From Tortispora ganteri (taxonomy: Eukaryota): DNA of 64,000 bases. The position numbers and the translations under genes were made by a program. The DNA is taken from positions 496,001-560,000 of the forward strand of contig PPNB01000003.1 in assembly GCA_003707115.1 (NCBI GenBank), read 5' to 3'. A model generated the notes under the pieces. It saw only the letters and a list, made by a program, of their open reading frames with translations, was not told the DNA's origin and searched no databases. This document shows positions 1-10,728 of the stretch, in pieces; position 1 is the stretch's first letter; every line of letters starts with the position of its first letter.

Positions 1-2
1 AT

Positions 3-1952
3 ATTGCCACTCATGATATCGAACAGAAAAAGCTCGTTTATCTTTATTTGATTAATTACGCAAAATCTCATCCCGATTTATGTATTCTCGCTGTCAACAC
101 GTTTGTTCAAGACTCTGAAAATGCAAACCCTCTGGTTCGCGCTTTAGCTATACGCACCATGGGCTGTATTCGGGTTGACAAAATCATCCCTTATCTTACC
201 GAACCTCTTCGAAGAGGTCTCAAGGACGAAAGTCCTTACGTTCGCAAAACTGCAGCTATTGGAGTCTCGAAGTTATACGACCTTGACCCTCAAACTTGCA
301 TCGAAGACGGTTTCTTATCTTCCCTGCAAGAACTGATTACTGATCCTAATGCGATGGTTATAGCCAATGCAGTTTCCGCGCTTGCTGAAATACAAGAAAC
401 GGACCCTTCATCTGATGCTCTTGTGATAAATTCTGAAACAATATCGACTCTTCTCACTGCATTGAATGAGTGCTCTGAATGGGGCCGAATATCTCTACTT
501 AGCTCACTTGCGCATTATAAAGCATCTTCTGTCGCTGAAGCTGAACATATATGTGAAAGAATTATACCCCAGTTTCAGCATGCTAATACTAGTGTGGTAT
601 TGTCTGCTATTCGTGCCATTCTCGCCCACATTGATTCGGTTAACCAGGAACTCCAAGCTAGTCTTGTTCTTAAGATGGCTCCATCATTGGTCTCGTTTGC
701 TTCAACCCCCCCTGAAGTCCAATATGTTGCTTTCAGGTCTATAAACCTTATCCTTCAAAAGTATCCTACTTTACTGTCAAAGCACCTTCCAGTTTTCTTT
801 TGCAAATACAACGATCCTCCATACCTCAAAGTGGAAAAGTTAGGCCTTCTGGTGCAGATTGTTGATTTTGATAATTATGAGGCTTTGCTACAGGAGTTGA
901 AAGAATACGCTGTAGAAGTTGACATCGACTTTGTGCGACGTGCCATTCAAGCTATAGCTCAAATGGCTATTAAAATAGATACTGCTACTACCAAATGTAT
1001 AGAAGCATTACTTGACATAGCTTCAGTGGGCCAAGACTACGCCGTTGAGGAAGTTGTTTCCGTTATGAAAGATATAGTTCGTCGATACCCTTCAAATGAG
1101 ACTACAGTGAGATACTTAGCGAAGTTTTTCCCGCGCTTGGAAGCACCAGAACCGCGATTATCCATTGCTTTTATTTCCGGGGAGTTCTGCGATACTAACC
1201 CTGAATGTTTATCTATAATTGCTTCCATGATCGAATCATTTGATCAAGAATCGCCAGTGGTTCAAATGCACGTATTGACTGCAGCAGTTAAGGCAAAGCT
1301 TAAAGGTGCAGATAATGGTAATCAGCTGAATTTAGATGGTCTATTCCGAAAGATAGAGAAAGGCAGTCATAATCCTGACTTACGCGACAGGGCGTTTATG
1401 TATTCGAGGATTATCTCTGCCGGCACTGAAACAGCAAAGCAAATAATTGCCTCTGATCGTCTACATATCGATACTATAACACCCGACTTGCCTGTTCGCC
1501 TGAGAAACGAGTTTCTTCGCGATCTGGCTTGCTTATCAGCAGTTTACCAGAAGCCGGTGTTTTCATTCCTGGAAACTGGAAAAGTTGGTGTGGATAAAGT
1601 ATTTCTCCGAGCTCAACAAGAGCAAAAAGAACTTGCCGTTGAATCTAGCGATAATGGAAATGTTGGAAATCTTCTAGATATCGACTTTACAGAGCCTATG
1701 CCAGCGGCCGAGGCGACCGGACCTAAAGGTTCTGCATTTGACGATCTTTTAAGCTTGGGATCACTCTCCACGGCACTTCCAACTGTGAATGGTAAAGCGT
1801 TAGATACACTGAAGTCTTCATCTTCTCCTTTAGAAAGTGGCCCTACAATTAGCGGTGCGCAATCTAATCCTTTTGGAAGCGATTTGTTTGGCCTAAGTAC
1901 ACAAGAGCCTGAGACGAAGGAAACTAGCCAGGATTTAGTGGATCTCCTTTAA
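3..1952 (+). CDS. APL2: Clathrin adaptor AP-1 complex beta subunit, 5'-partial (frame open from the window edge)
   Basis: Frame from nt 3 reads IATHDIEQKKLVYLYLINYAKSHPDLCILAVNTFVQDS..NPLVRALAIRTMGCIRVDK, the beta-adaptin N-terminal signature. It also has NPDLRDRAFMY and a clathrin-box-like LLDID in the hinge. Confidence 0.88.
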   Translation: MATHDIEQKKLVYLYLINYAKSHPDLCILAVNTFVQDSENANPLVRALAIRTMGCIRVDKIIPYLTEPLRRGLKDESPYVRKTAAIGVSKLYDLDPQTCIEDGFLSSLQELITDPNAMVIANAVSALAEIQETDPSSDALVINSETISTLLTALNECSEWGRISLLSSLAHYKASSVAEAEHICERIIPQFQHANTSVVLSAIRAILAHIDSVNQELQASLVLKMAPSLVSFASTPPEVQYVAFRSINLILQKYPTLLSKHLPVFFCKYNDPPYLKVEKLGLLVQIVDFDNYEALLQELKEYAVEVDIDFVRRAIQAIAQMAIKIDTATTKCIEALLDIASVGQDYAVEEVVSVMKDIVRRYPSNETTVRYLAKFFPRLEAPEPRLSIAFISGEFCDTNPECLSIIASMIESFDQESPVVQMHVLTAAVKAKLKGADNGNQLNLDGLFRKIEKGSHNPDLRDRAFMYSRIISAGTETAKQIIASDRLHIDTITPDLPVRLRNEFLRDLACLSAVYQKPVFSFLETGKVGVDKVFLRAQQEQKELAVESSDNGNVGNLLDIDFTEPMPAAEATGPKGSAFDDLLSLGSLSTALPTVNGKALDTLKSSSSPLESGPTISGAQSNPFGSDLFGLSTQEPETKETSQDLVDLL

Positions 1953-2078
1953 ACATGACAAGTCACTGCATAAGATATTTTTTTGTAAAAAAAAATCCCC
2001 TCTAATAAAATTACGAGAATTTGGTACCGTGCGTAACTTTAGGCAAAGAAATATAATCATAAACAGTAGAGGCGTTAA

Positions 2079-2397
2079 TCATGAGGAGCTACTCAAAGTT
2101 TTTGCCCATTCGTCCGGGGTATAGTCTTTCTGTGTAAAAGCATGAATAGATGCGATCTCTTCACTGAGCGCTTTGTTCACCATTCTATGGCGCATAAGCA
2201 AAGGTTTATTTTGAAAAAGGGGAGATACTATGATAACTTGAAAAGCCTGTCCACATCCACCTTTATGAGTGTTAGCAGTCTCATAGTTAAGTAACAAGTT
2301 GTATGAGCAACCTACCTGACATATCTGTAACTTGAACGTGCGTGGCTTGTAATCGTTCAGTTATGATGGAAGATAATTCTGTTTCGGAAATTTCCAT
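2079..2397 (-). CDS. BOL2: Cytosolic BolA-family protein (Bol2/Fra2); join complement(2316..2397, 2079..2260), 87 aa
   Basis: Removing a 55-nt intron (2261..2315; GTAGGT...GCTAAC...AAG) gives [43 protein letters not shown]...RHRMVN...IHAF. The GCGQ-type motif and lack of a presequence fit Bol2. Confidence 0.85.
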
Positions 2398-2551
2398 TGC
2401 AAATAGTAAGTCGATATCGAATAATATATATAGTTTCTGTGGGGAGCGAAAAGGTTTGGGAGGAATTACCTTGAAAGAATTTCTTCACCGGGCAAAAAAA
2501 AAAAAAAATACCCACATTATAACCGATTAACCTGCAAGAAAATCGATTTGA

Positions 2552-3664
2552 ATGAGTGATCTCCGCGAAAGATTAAAAGAGCACAATGCTGGGATAACGG
2601 AATTGCTTTCAAAGATACCTTTAAAATTTTATACAGGAGAAGAAGTAAAGAACCAATGGTTACAAGAGAAGCAAACCAAGGAACAATCCAAGAAGAAAAG
2701 GAAGGCTAAGTTTGAAGTTGATCTTCGAGCACAAACAGAAGGAAACGCTGAAATTGAGCAAGATTCTGGCTTAGATACAACGCTGAATATTGAATCGAAT
2801 ATTGAGAATTGTAAGCTAAAAAATGATACACAAAACTCTACATCAGTTCTGCCCACAGAGAGTACTAAATCGACGGAATCAGTTCCCACGATTCAGTCGA
2901 ACGAACTCGTTGTTAAAACAGACAATTCAGATGAGCCTCCTACCTCGGCTGAATTGCGTGCTAAGTTACGCAAGAAAATACAAGAATTAAGGGAGAAGCG
3001 TAAAGCACCTGGAACCGCAGTTAAAGGCGCTCCACTGAATCGACAGGCATTGATAGAAATGAGAGAACAAGAAAAGCTGAAGAAACGAAAACGCAAATTG
3101 GAAAACAACAACTTAAACGAATTAGAACTAGGACAAACTAAGGATAACGATTATCATGAATATATAGATGGAGATACGAGCATTGATGAATCATCGTCTA
3201 TTATGTACAACACTATAACTTTTGAGGATGGGACCAAGACGGGCAGAACGTTAGACCAACTAAGGGACGGTAAAAAGAAGAAAGGCCCGACTGACGTCAT
3301 AGGTCAATTACGACATTTAGAGGCCAAAAAGAAAAAACTTGCAAGCAAGGATGAGGAACAGCGAAAAGAGCTAATAGAAAAGGATAAATGGCATAAAGCT
3401 CTTCTCCAGACAGAGGGGACCAAAGTACGCGACCAAGAAAACTTGCTTAAAAAAGCTGCCAAAAGCATTGAAAAGCGTAAAAACAAATCCAAAAAAGAAT
3501 GGGACGAACGTGAAAAGAATGTCAAGAAATCAATTGAAAATAAACAGAAAAAGCGCGAAAAGAATTTAGCGGAAAGGCGCGAGCAGAAATTATCCAAGAA
3601 TAAAAAGAAGAAAAGAAGACCCGGTTTCGAAGGTGGTCCAAGAAAGAAATCAAGAAAAAGATGA
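2552..3664 (+). CDS. RRP14: Ribosome biogenesis protein, SURF6/Rrp14 family
   Basis: Starts LRERLKEH..LLSKIP.KFY. The Lys-rich C-terminus has KWHKALLQTEGTKVRD...KSKKEWDER...KREKNL...RRPGFEG. Confidence 0.9.
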   Translation: MSDLRERLKEHNAGITELLSKIPLKFYTGEEVKNQWLQEKQTKEQSKKKRKAKFEVDLRAQTEGNAEIEQDSGLDTTLNIESNIENCKLKNDTQNSTSVLPTESTKSTESVPTIQSNELVVKTDNSDEPPTSAELRAKLRKKIQELREKRKAPGTAVKGAPLNRQALIEMREQEKLKKRKRKLENNNLNELELGQTKDNDYHEYIDGDTSIDESSSIMYNTITFEDGTKTGRTLDQLRDGKKKKGPTDVIGQLRHLEAKKKKLASKDEEQRKELIEKDKWHKALLQTEGTKVRDQENLLKKAAKSIEKRKNKSKKEWDEREKNVKKSIENKQKKREKNLAERREQKLSKNKKKKRRPGFEGGPRKKSRKR

Positions 3665-3738
3665 GTTCAATCTATAATATACATCTTTGAGTCAAGTGAT
3701 CAAAATAACTTAAGGCAATACGTGTATGTTTCGTCATA

Positions 3739-4494
3739 TCACCCCTTTGCAAGTAATGACGCCAGAAGATTATAGGTTGATCTCAGCGTGAATGAACCCC
3801 ACTCTGTAGCTTTAGATATATTGTGATTAGTATTTTTCAGTTGCTCAATTCCTGCTTCAAAGAGAGAAATTGTGTCTTTGCAATCGCTCGAATGGTCTAT
3901 GCACATGTAAACCTCGGAAGCTCCGTACAGTGCACCTATTGCGGCCCTTGTAGCATACCAGTCCACGTCAGAAGTCGAATATCCAGACTTATAAGCCAAT
4001 TCATCCGCTAAAAGAGCTAATTGATTAATAAATAAAGGGATATTTGTGGGATTTAACCCAAGCGCCAGACCCTGACCGAGGTGGTTTCTCACAGGTAGGT
4101 TTTGCTTCAGTCTGTAAACACCATACTCACGCAGGTTATCAATCCAATTCGAATTGGAGTTTTCTAATGTATACTGTGCTAATCTATCTCTGGAGAAGTC
4201 CAGATGTCCGAATAAAAGATCTAATGGTCCATCACTAAATATTGACAATAGAGTATCAGTGTATCCAAGTTTCCTGCATGCATTGGCCAAAGCTGCTTCG
4301 GTAAAGCCTTGTTCAGGAACGAATTTCAGCGCCTCGGCGAGAACTCTAGACTTCAGTGTTACTTCACCATTTGAAGCTGTGATACCTGTCTGGAAGAATC
4401 GGCTGTTTATAAGTGAACCGCAGTGTATTGTTCGAGATCGTAACATGCCGCTTCTAAATACTTCGGTATTGTAGTGAATTAGCGGAAAGCGCAT
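3739..4494 (-). CDS. COQ9: Ubiquinone biosynthesis protein Coq9
   Basis: Presequence-like N-terminus, then LAEALKFVPEQGFT, LADELAYKSG..S.DVDWYATRAAIGALYGASEVYMCIDHS. Confidence 0.88.
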   Translation of the reverse strand: MRFPLIHYNTEVFRSGMLRSRTIHCGSLINSRFFQTGITASNGEVTLKSRVLAEALKFVPEQGFTEAALANACRKLGYTDTLLSIFSDGPLDLLFGHLDFSRDRLAQYTLENSNSNWIDNLREYGVYRLKQNLPVRNHLGQGLALGLNPTNIPLFINQLALLADELAYKSGYSTSDVDWYATRAAIGALYGASEVYMCIDHSSDCKDTISLFEAGIEQLKNTNHNISKATEWGSFTLRSTYNLLASLLAKG

Positions 4495-5762
4495 TGTAAT
4501 TTAGAGTTACACAAGGTTGTTTTTCCGCACTAGGGGTTATGCCGTAAGATTTTCTTCTCTTTTCGGAGAGCTGAAGCTAAAGGAACAAAAAAGCCGACGA
4601 GATGTCACTGAGAGCAGAGGTCTCGTTACTTTCTCAATTCTATTCTCGCCAGGCTCAGACCCTTCACCCTAATTTTATCCATCCAACCACATTGAATAAA
4701 AATGTCTCGCAGAAGCTACTCTACATCAAAATATGCTGTGTAAAATTGGGCTAGCTTGAAATTTCCTGATAAGTATAAAATGTCCCTTTAGATTAATGAA
4801 CTTATTCCTGTGAATATTTCGACTTTTTGCTTTGATAAAGAATGGAAGGACATAAATAGAGTTAGCAATTAGTCTTTAAGAAATGGAAAAGAGAAGAAAA
4901 TCTGTCGGGCGAGGGGGCGGGCTGTCGGAAACGGATAAGGAGGCAGAAGTATAAACCCCTGATTAACGTCATCCCTATACGTAATGGCAATGTATATTGC
5001 TCTCTGCGATCAAGACGCATACGTTTAAAAGAAGAAAACTTGTCAATTGAGTCATTCAAAGTGCCCTATATCTATTGCTTCATTTCGCGTGGTATTAGCA
5101 GCTCTTTGTATGGGAAAACCGCAGCAGATATTGTGATTTTGCATATATTAAATGAAGCCGATTGCAAAGTTTATTCAATCAGAGTCTTGCAAAGTTTAAA
5201 AGGCTTAAAAGTTAACGCGTAAACTATTTGACAAATCAAAGAACATCCAAATAAGTGCTTGTGTAAAGGGAACACCCTATTCGCCATACCAAAATGCGGC
5301 AAGCACTACAGAAAATGGAAAAAGGAGTATTTAATTTTAAACATTAAGATTTGTTGAATATAAATCTTTAAAATGTGGTTCATTACGCTAAGTGAAGTAC
5401 AGTTTCAGGAATATAAAGTGTTCTTACGAAAATTTAATATATTGCTTTTCTGCCGTAACAAAAAATCAAACGTAATGATAGCGAAAGTAATAGGCATCTA
5501 TGTTTCAATAGAATACCGACGAATTGAACGAAGGACAAAAGATAATTCAAAGACTTCTACCAGTTAGATAGATGATAGCCTATGAAGTTATGTGTGTAGA
5601 AAAAAAATTAAGGTATGGTAAGGAGTAAATAACTTTCCATTCCAGCACTGCAGAAACGTCAAGCTTACACCAGCTTTGCTAATCAAAAAAAGAAATTTAA
5701 ATCGAAATGTAAATTATCATATTTTCATGTCATGTCATCAGTAAACAAAGACATCAAAACAA

Positions 5763-6248
5763 TTAGAAAGCAAGGGGAAGAGCCAAAGCAGCCATGACGG
5801 AAACAGCCCATCCGGGAAGGGAAAGACCGCTGGCGCCAGCATAGGCAGTGTAGGTAGGCTTGACGGTGGGGGTAGGAGTGACAGTCTTGCAAGTGGTGCA
5901 AGCGACGGGGTAGCAGGTCTCAGTGGTGATAGTGACGGACTCGGTGGTAGACTCAGGGCATCCGCAGTCAGTAACAGTGGTGAGGACGCAAGGAACAGTG
6001 GTGTATTCGCAAGGGCACTCAACAACTTCGTAAACACCGAAAACGTCAACGGAGATGTTAACAGCGACGCTAATGTCAATGGAAGCATAGACGTTAATGT
6101 CGATGGTGCCAACGGTGGGGAGAGCAGAATCACCAGTGCTAGTCTGGATGGGGAGAACACCTCCAGAACCAGAAGAAGAAACTGGGACGGATGAGTTAGA
6201 AACAGCGGCAGCAGTGGCAGCGAGGGCAGCGACAGAAGTGAATTTCAT
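5763..6248 (-). CDS. Small secreted Ser/Thr/Cys-rich, probably GPI-anchored cell-wall protein (161 aa)
   Basis: Signal peptide MKFTSVAALAATAAA, a Thr-rich body with 8 Cys including TTVTDCGC, and a hydrophobic C-terminal GPI-type tail (AGAS...WAVSVMAALALPLAF). Strongly biased C-ending codons suggest high expression. Confidence 0.8.
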   Translation of the reverse strand: MKFTSVAALAATAAAVSNSSVPVSSSGSGGVLPIQTSTGDSALPTVGTIDINVYASIDISVAVNISVDVFGVYEVVECPCEYTTVPCVLTTVTDCGCPESTTESVTITTETCYPVACTTCKTVTPTPTVKPTYTAYAGASGLSLPGWAVSVMAALALPLAF

Positions 6249-6327
6249 TTTTGATTATAGATTTATAAGCGAATGTTAGAGTGACAAATACTTAGGAGAA
6301 AAGAGAATAGAAGGCGAAAAGCGGCTC

Positions 6328-6335
6328 TATTTATA
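6328..6335 (-). promoter_or_regulatory. TATA box of the cell-wall protein gene
   Basis: TATAAATA on the minus strand about 80 nt upstream of the ATG at 6248. Confidence 0.5.
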
Positions 6336-8137
6336 TTTTAGCACTTAGGGGATAGACGTGCCGTCTAATAGGTTGACCTGCCTTGCTATTTGACCAGAAA
6401 CTAAACTGACCTGGTATAATATAAAACCTTATTAAAGCGAAAGTTCAAAAAGTAGGCTGAGAAAGCTTAACCCCTGCTCGAGCACAGGTAACTTTCACTA
6501 TTATTGGTGGGTTTTTCGCCGTTCGGAAATCTTTTTACTTATAAGATAGATTCATTATTGGTCCATCGCTTGAAAGAAAATCATAAATGCTTAAATCGGA
6601 AACAGCTTAGTAGTATTAGCTTTTAAGCCAAATATATCGCATATATCCGGTTTGTAAACAATATGTTTCGAAGGTGCTTATTGGCCAAATAGTAAAAAAA
6701 GCAGCACAAAGATATTAAAGGCTTTCGCGACCAGTTACATGCTAGGACAATGTTGCTCAATTAGAATTCGCAGGATCAGCCTAGATTAAACGGGTAAGAA
6801 TGCTCGCGCTAAGGTAGTCGCCGCGGTGACTGTTCTTTACTTTAGGCCTCCTTTTGGAGTTTAAGTCTCAGTCGTGTGCCATTTGAAACGCCATAAGCGC
6901 TCGTAGAATGTCCACTGGTTGGAAAAAAAATGAATCAAAATCCAATATGATTCGCTTGATCACTGTCTGATTGTGAATTGTATAGCTGACCAGCACCTGC
7001 GTTATTGCCGATCTGTAAGGTCTAGAGCAGGGAGAAGTAAAAAAGCAATCCGTTTCTGCGGAATATTAAAGTTTCATCCCTGAAGCTAAACTAACTAATA
7101 ATCTTCGTATGCTAATCGTTTAGTATATAGCACGCATTCTAGTTCATTACTTACCGGTCGACAATACATGTATGTCTCGTAGTACTTCTAAGTAAACTGT
7201 AGATGAAAACTTGCCAGCTATATAATGATATAATGATTCGTTTTAGTGTTCGCTTGCAATTCCTATTGAAGTGGTACTAAGTTAGCAATTTAAACGTGCA
7301 CAATGTTGCATTCGTAGTAGATATAGAACGGAAGGCTGCCACTTAGATCTGGTTTCCAGGTCACGTTTCGAATCTAGTGACCAATAAGAAAATAGTGTTT
7401 AAAATTACAGTTTATTCCCGCTTCGTTGGGTGAGAATTTCACCTTATTATTGACGAAGATCTGAACGGATTTATGCTTTGATATTTGCCTATTCGAATAG
7501 AAAGATCCCCTGTATTCCCGTGGATAAGTCACGACCATCGATGGGTTCAAATTGCTTGTTCATGGGCGCTCCAGGTCAAATGCATACTGGTATACAGGGG
7601 TGGTGGTGAGCGTGCGTTATTAAGAACCCCTTTCCCCTACTGTTTTGGGAAAGTCACGTAAAATATCTCGTTCCTAATAATGTGCAGCGCGCGATTTCGC
7701 CGCCACAAATGTAATTTACGGTTCTCAATCTTATTGAAAATAACTCTTGGCGAATGTGATAGTAGGATCAGAAGCAACAATAACACCTTACTAAGGTAAG
7801 TTAATTAAGACGGAAAGCCGAAAGTCTGGACTTTGTTCTTATATGAATGTTTTCTTAGACTAATTAATACTTATCAAGTGCTACTGCGCCAACTTTAAGG
7901 TTGGAATGTACCAGATTACTATAATGGTTTTGTCCGCGCGAAACGCTAAATTGCTTTGTTTTCTGAATCCTATGTTTACAATTGCGGTGTAGCAGGGTGG
8001 CAGCAAATCCTAGAATAACGGCTTCGTTGAATCAATATCTAAAGAAGTAACAGGTCGCTTATTAATCGATCAATGTACATATCGAGAGTTAATTGATTTA
8101 TCATTTATCATTCATATATCATTTCGTTTATGTTATG

Positions 8138-9172
8138 TCATACTGGCCCCGAGCTGTTGCGAAGTTTCATTATTATTTTTTCGAGCCTTCTCTTTTCTGC
8201 TCTTTCTGCCTTTATTGTCTCAAAATGATCTTCACGTAATTCTCGACTAACCCTTTGGAATTCCTGGATTAAATATCTCAAAGTAGCGGAATTAGACGAT
8301 TTACTCTCATCAGGAACTTTAGCAGCCATTAATTCGACCTTCTGTTCTTCGATAATTGTTTTCAGCTCGTCTATCTTCTTTTGCATAGCATGCTGGTCTT
8401 GTGGTGTGAATTCGAAATTTAGCATGTCAACATTCACTTCGTTATCTTCATCTGGTACTTGAGCGTTTCTCGCGTCTTCCCCATCACGCGATAGTTCTTC
8501 CTCGAGTGAGTGTTGTATATTTTCCAAGCTCAAGTGTGCCATATCACTGTATAGTTGTTGATTTTCTTGCTGCGCCATAATAGATATCGTATGCCGATAA
8601 AGCTTCATTTGTCTCATATATAGTTCACTGGACATAGATACAAGGTCAATGAGCAGTCCTTGAATTCTAATGTCCGGATCATCCACTAGTAGTATACTAG
8701 GACTTCGAGCATGTTCTGATTTTGGTGTGCAAACATGAGTGCCAGCTGTCGAGCTACCATTCTGCTCATTTTGGCCGCTAGTGTTTGACTTGCTCGAGTC
8801 TATAATGTCCAATTTCCGCATAGAAAGTGTAGCGTCTCTAATTCGAGCCTCCATCAAAATATGTTTGTGACATGCAGCTATCCGTCCATTTAGTGTGTCT
8901 ATGATACTACGGCATTTGGCAGCTTCCTCAGATTCCATAATATGCTTCGGTGAGGCCGAAGACATTGCAATTTCGGCCTCTAGCTTCGATGCTAGTGGAT
9001 CTAGTGTCACCAATGTTCTCCGTGTCTCTTTTTCATCTTCTTTTGTGTTACCGGCACCTTCGGTGCTGGAGGGCAGATTCGCGTCAGTGAACTCGAACTT
9101 CGATAATAAGCGCCGTAAATAGTCCGACGATATTGAAAGATCATTCTCTCGTTTCATCGGACTACTTGCCAT
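8138..9172 (-). CDS. Coiled-coil protein with probable Uds1 (up-regulated during septation) domain
   Basis: LNGRIAACHKHILMEARIRDATLSMRKL and QMKLYRHTISIM resemble the Uds1 domain core. The C-terminus is coiled-coil-like. Confidence 0.55.
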   Translation of the reverse strand: MASSPMKRENDLSISSDYLRRLLSKFEFTDANLPSSTEGAGNTKEDEKETRRTLVTLDPLASKLEAEIAMSSASPKHIMESEEAAKCRSIIDTLNGRIAACHKHILMEARIRDATLSMRKLDIIDSSKSNTSGQNEQNGSSTAGTHVCTPKSEHARSPSILLVDDPDIRIQGLLIDLVSMSSELYMRQMKLYRHTISIMAQQENQQLYSDMAHLSLENIQHSLEEELSRDGEDARNAQVPDEDNEVNVDMLNFEFTPQDQHAMQKKIDELKTIIEEQKVELMAAKVPDESKSSNSATLRYLIQEFQRVSRELREDHFETIKAERAEKRRLEKIIMKLRNSSGPV

Positions 9173-9468
9173 TTCCCAGATTGCGCATGTACTAGTCGTA
9201 CAAGCAATTATAGTGCAGAGCGTCCGTTGTAAGAATTATCAAATTTAGATGAGGTGCGTGAAATCCAAGACAGATTTAAAGTTCAGCGAACCAGGATGGG
9301 CCTAAATTGGTCTCCGACAGCAGTGCTCGACATAAATAAAATATGTTTTGATATTAACTACATGATATTGAGTAACATCGAAAAGCGTTCATAAATCTAG
9401 AAGGATTACAAAGTCCTACAAGTTTGTGAGTTTTTATTTGGCATAGCAAGTCGCTTTGCAATAGCCAC

Positions 9469-10629
9469 TTAAAGGTCCTTCTTCAAAGTACCGATAAAGG
9501 CACGCTTCTCAGCAGGGGTCTGGAAGCGACCCTTACCGAACTTAGAGGCAGTGTCGATCCACTTGAGCTCAACCTTCTCCAAAGCACGGCGAGAAGTATG
9601 AGTAAGTAAAGACTTGCGCAAAGTAATTACACGCTTTCTGGTACCAGGGATACATCCCTTGAGCATAACATAGTCGTTCTTGACTTCACCGTAACGAACA
9701 AAGCCACCCAAAGGAGTGATGGTCTTCTTGGTCTTGTCGTAATCAGTAGCAGCGTTAGCTTCGTCATCACCCTTGCCAATACGGTAGATCTTGTGGTTGA
9801 TGGAAGTACGGTGGTGGAAACCATCCTGACCAGAGCGAGCAACAGAGAACATAACGTGGTTAGGATGCCAGGCTCCGATACAGGCGACCTTTCTCAAACC
9901 ACGGTGAGTCTTGCGAGGAAGCTTTTTAGTTCCCCATCTGTGAGTAACACCCTCGTAACCGCGACCCTTGGTAATAGCGATAGCATCAATCATCTCGTCT
10001 TGTTCAAAAACGCTGTCGACAGGAACCTCTTGTTCTAAGTGTGACTTAGCCCAGGCAGTTTTATCTTCAACAGATCCACCGTTCAGTTGAATCTCCATAA
10101 GGTGGGCCTTCTTTTGTCCAAGAGGAGTCTTGCGGATTTGTGTGTGGACCAGGACACGGACAACTTGGCAGTACTTGTTGATGCGAGCAATTTCTTTGTC
10201 AACATTCTGGCCAGAAGCAAAGTTACTAGCGTATTTGGTAAAAGCAGATTTCTTAGAAGCAGACCAGTTTTTGTAGAAACGACGCTTCACTTCTTCGGAT
10301 AAGTGTTCAGCCCAAACCGTGGTAAGAGAGCGGAGACCGCGCGGAGTTTCAACATATCCAACAATACCAACAACAACAACAGGAGGAGTATCAATAACGG
10401 TGACAGCCTCAACAATCTCGCGTTTATGCATCTTGGAACCAGGTCTATCCAAATCACGGACAATAGTGCTCATACCAGCCTTATATCCCACAAAAGCGGT
10501 GAGTCCAACAGGCTTGGACTTGTCATCCTTAGGGAATGATTTGATTTTTCCTTGATGTTTCTTCGCACGCTTGCGGGGTAAGAATCCGAGGGAACCGTGG
10601 CGAGGAGCTTCAAATTTACGGTGAGACAT
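9469..10629 (-). CDS. RPL3: 60S ribosomal protein L3 (uL3)
   Basis: [22 protein letters not shown]...[21 protein letters not shown]...[13 protein letters not shown]. No intron. Confidence 0.99.
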   Translation of the reverse strand: MSHRKFEAPRHGSLGFLPRKRAKKHQGKIKSFPKDDKSKPVGLTAFVGYKAGMSTIVRDLDRPGSKMHKREIVEAVTVIDTPPVVVVGIVGYVETPRGLRSLTTVWAEHLSEEVKRRFYKNWSASKKSAFTKYASNFASGQNVDKEIARINKYCQVVRVLVHTQIRKTPLGQKKAHLMEIQLNGGSVEDKTAWAKSHLEQEVPVDSVFEQDEMIDAIAITKGRGYEGVTHRWGTKKLPRKTHRGLRKVACIGAWHPNHVMFSVARSGQDGFHHRTSINHKIYRIGKGDDEANAATDYDKTKKTITPLGGFVRYGEVKNDYVMLKGCIPGTRKRVITLRKSLLTHTSRRALEKVELKWIDTASKFGKGRFQTPAEKRAFIGTLKKDL

Positions 10630-10720
10630 CTTTTACTATGAGAACGTAATAATCTAAGCACAAGTTATATCGTCGAAAGGCTTATTATGTGTATGTGAGT
10701 TTTTTGACTTGGGACAATAC

Positions 10721-10728
10721 TGTGACTG
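10721..10728 (-). promoter_or_regulatory. Homol D box (CAGTCACA) of the RPL3 promoter
   Basis: Perfect TGTGACTG on the plus strand (CAGTCACA on the coding strand), about 92 nt upstream of the RPL3 ATG. This is a known ribosomal-protein promoter element. Confidence 0.65.

Noticed and set aside
4790..5055. Possible spliced micro-ORF on the minus strand (GTATGC at 5022, GCTAAC at 4866) with short hairpins and a G-rich patch
   Set aside because: The product is only 24 aa with no recognisable similarity, the branch-to-AG distance is much longer than in the real introns here, the stems are 4-6 bp, and there is no hammerhead or complete G-quadruplex consensus.
5889..6017. Hydrophobin assignment for the 8-Cys wall protein
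   Set aside because: It lacks the two adjacent CC pairs of the hydrophobin pattern and carries a GPI-like tail.
5738..6160. 140-aa overlapping ORF in another frame of the wall-protein gene
   Set aside because: It is a Leu/Pro/Ser-rich shadow frame caused by strong C-ending codon bias.
7500..7560. GGGTTCAAAT B-box-like sequence (tRNA?)
   Set aside because: No cloverleaf, acceptor stem or A box could be built around it.
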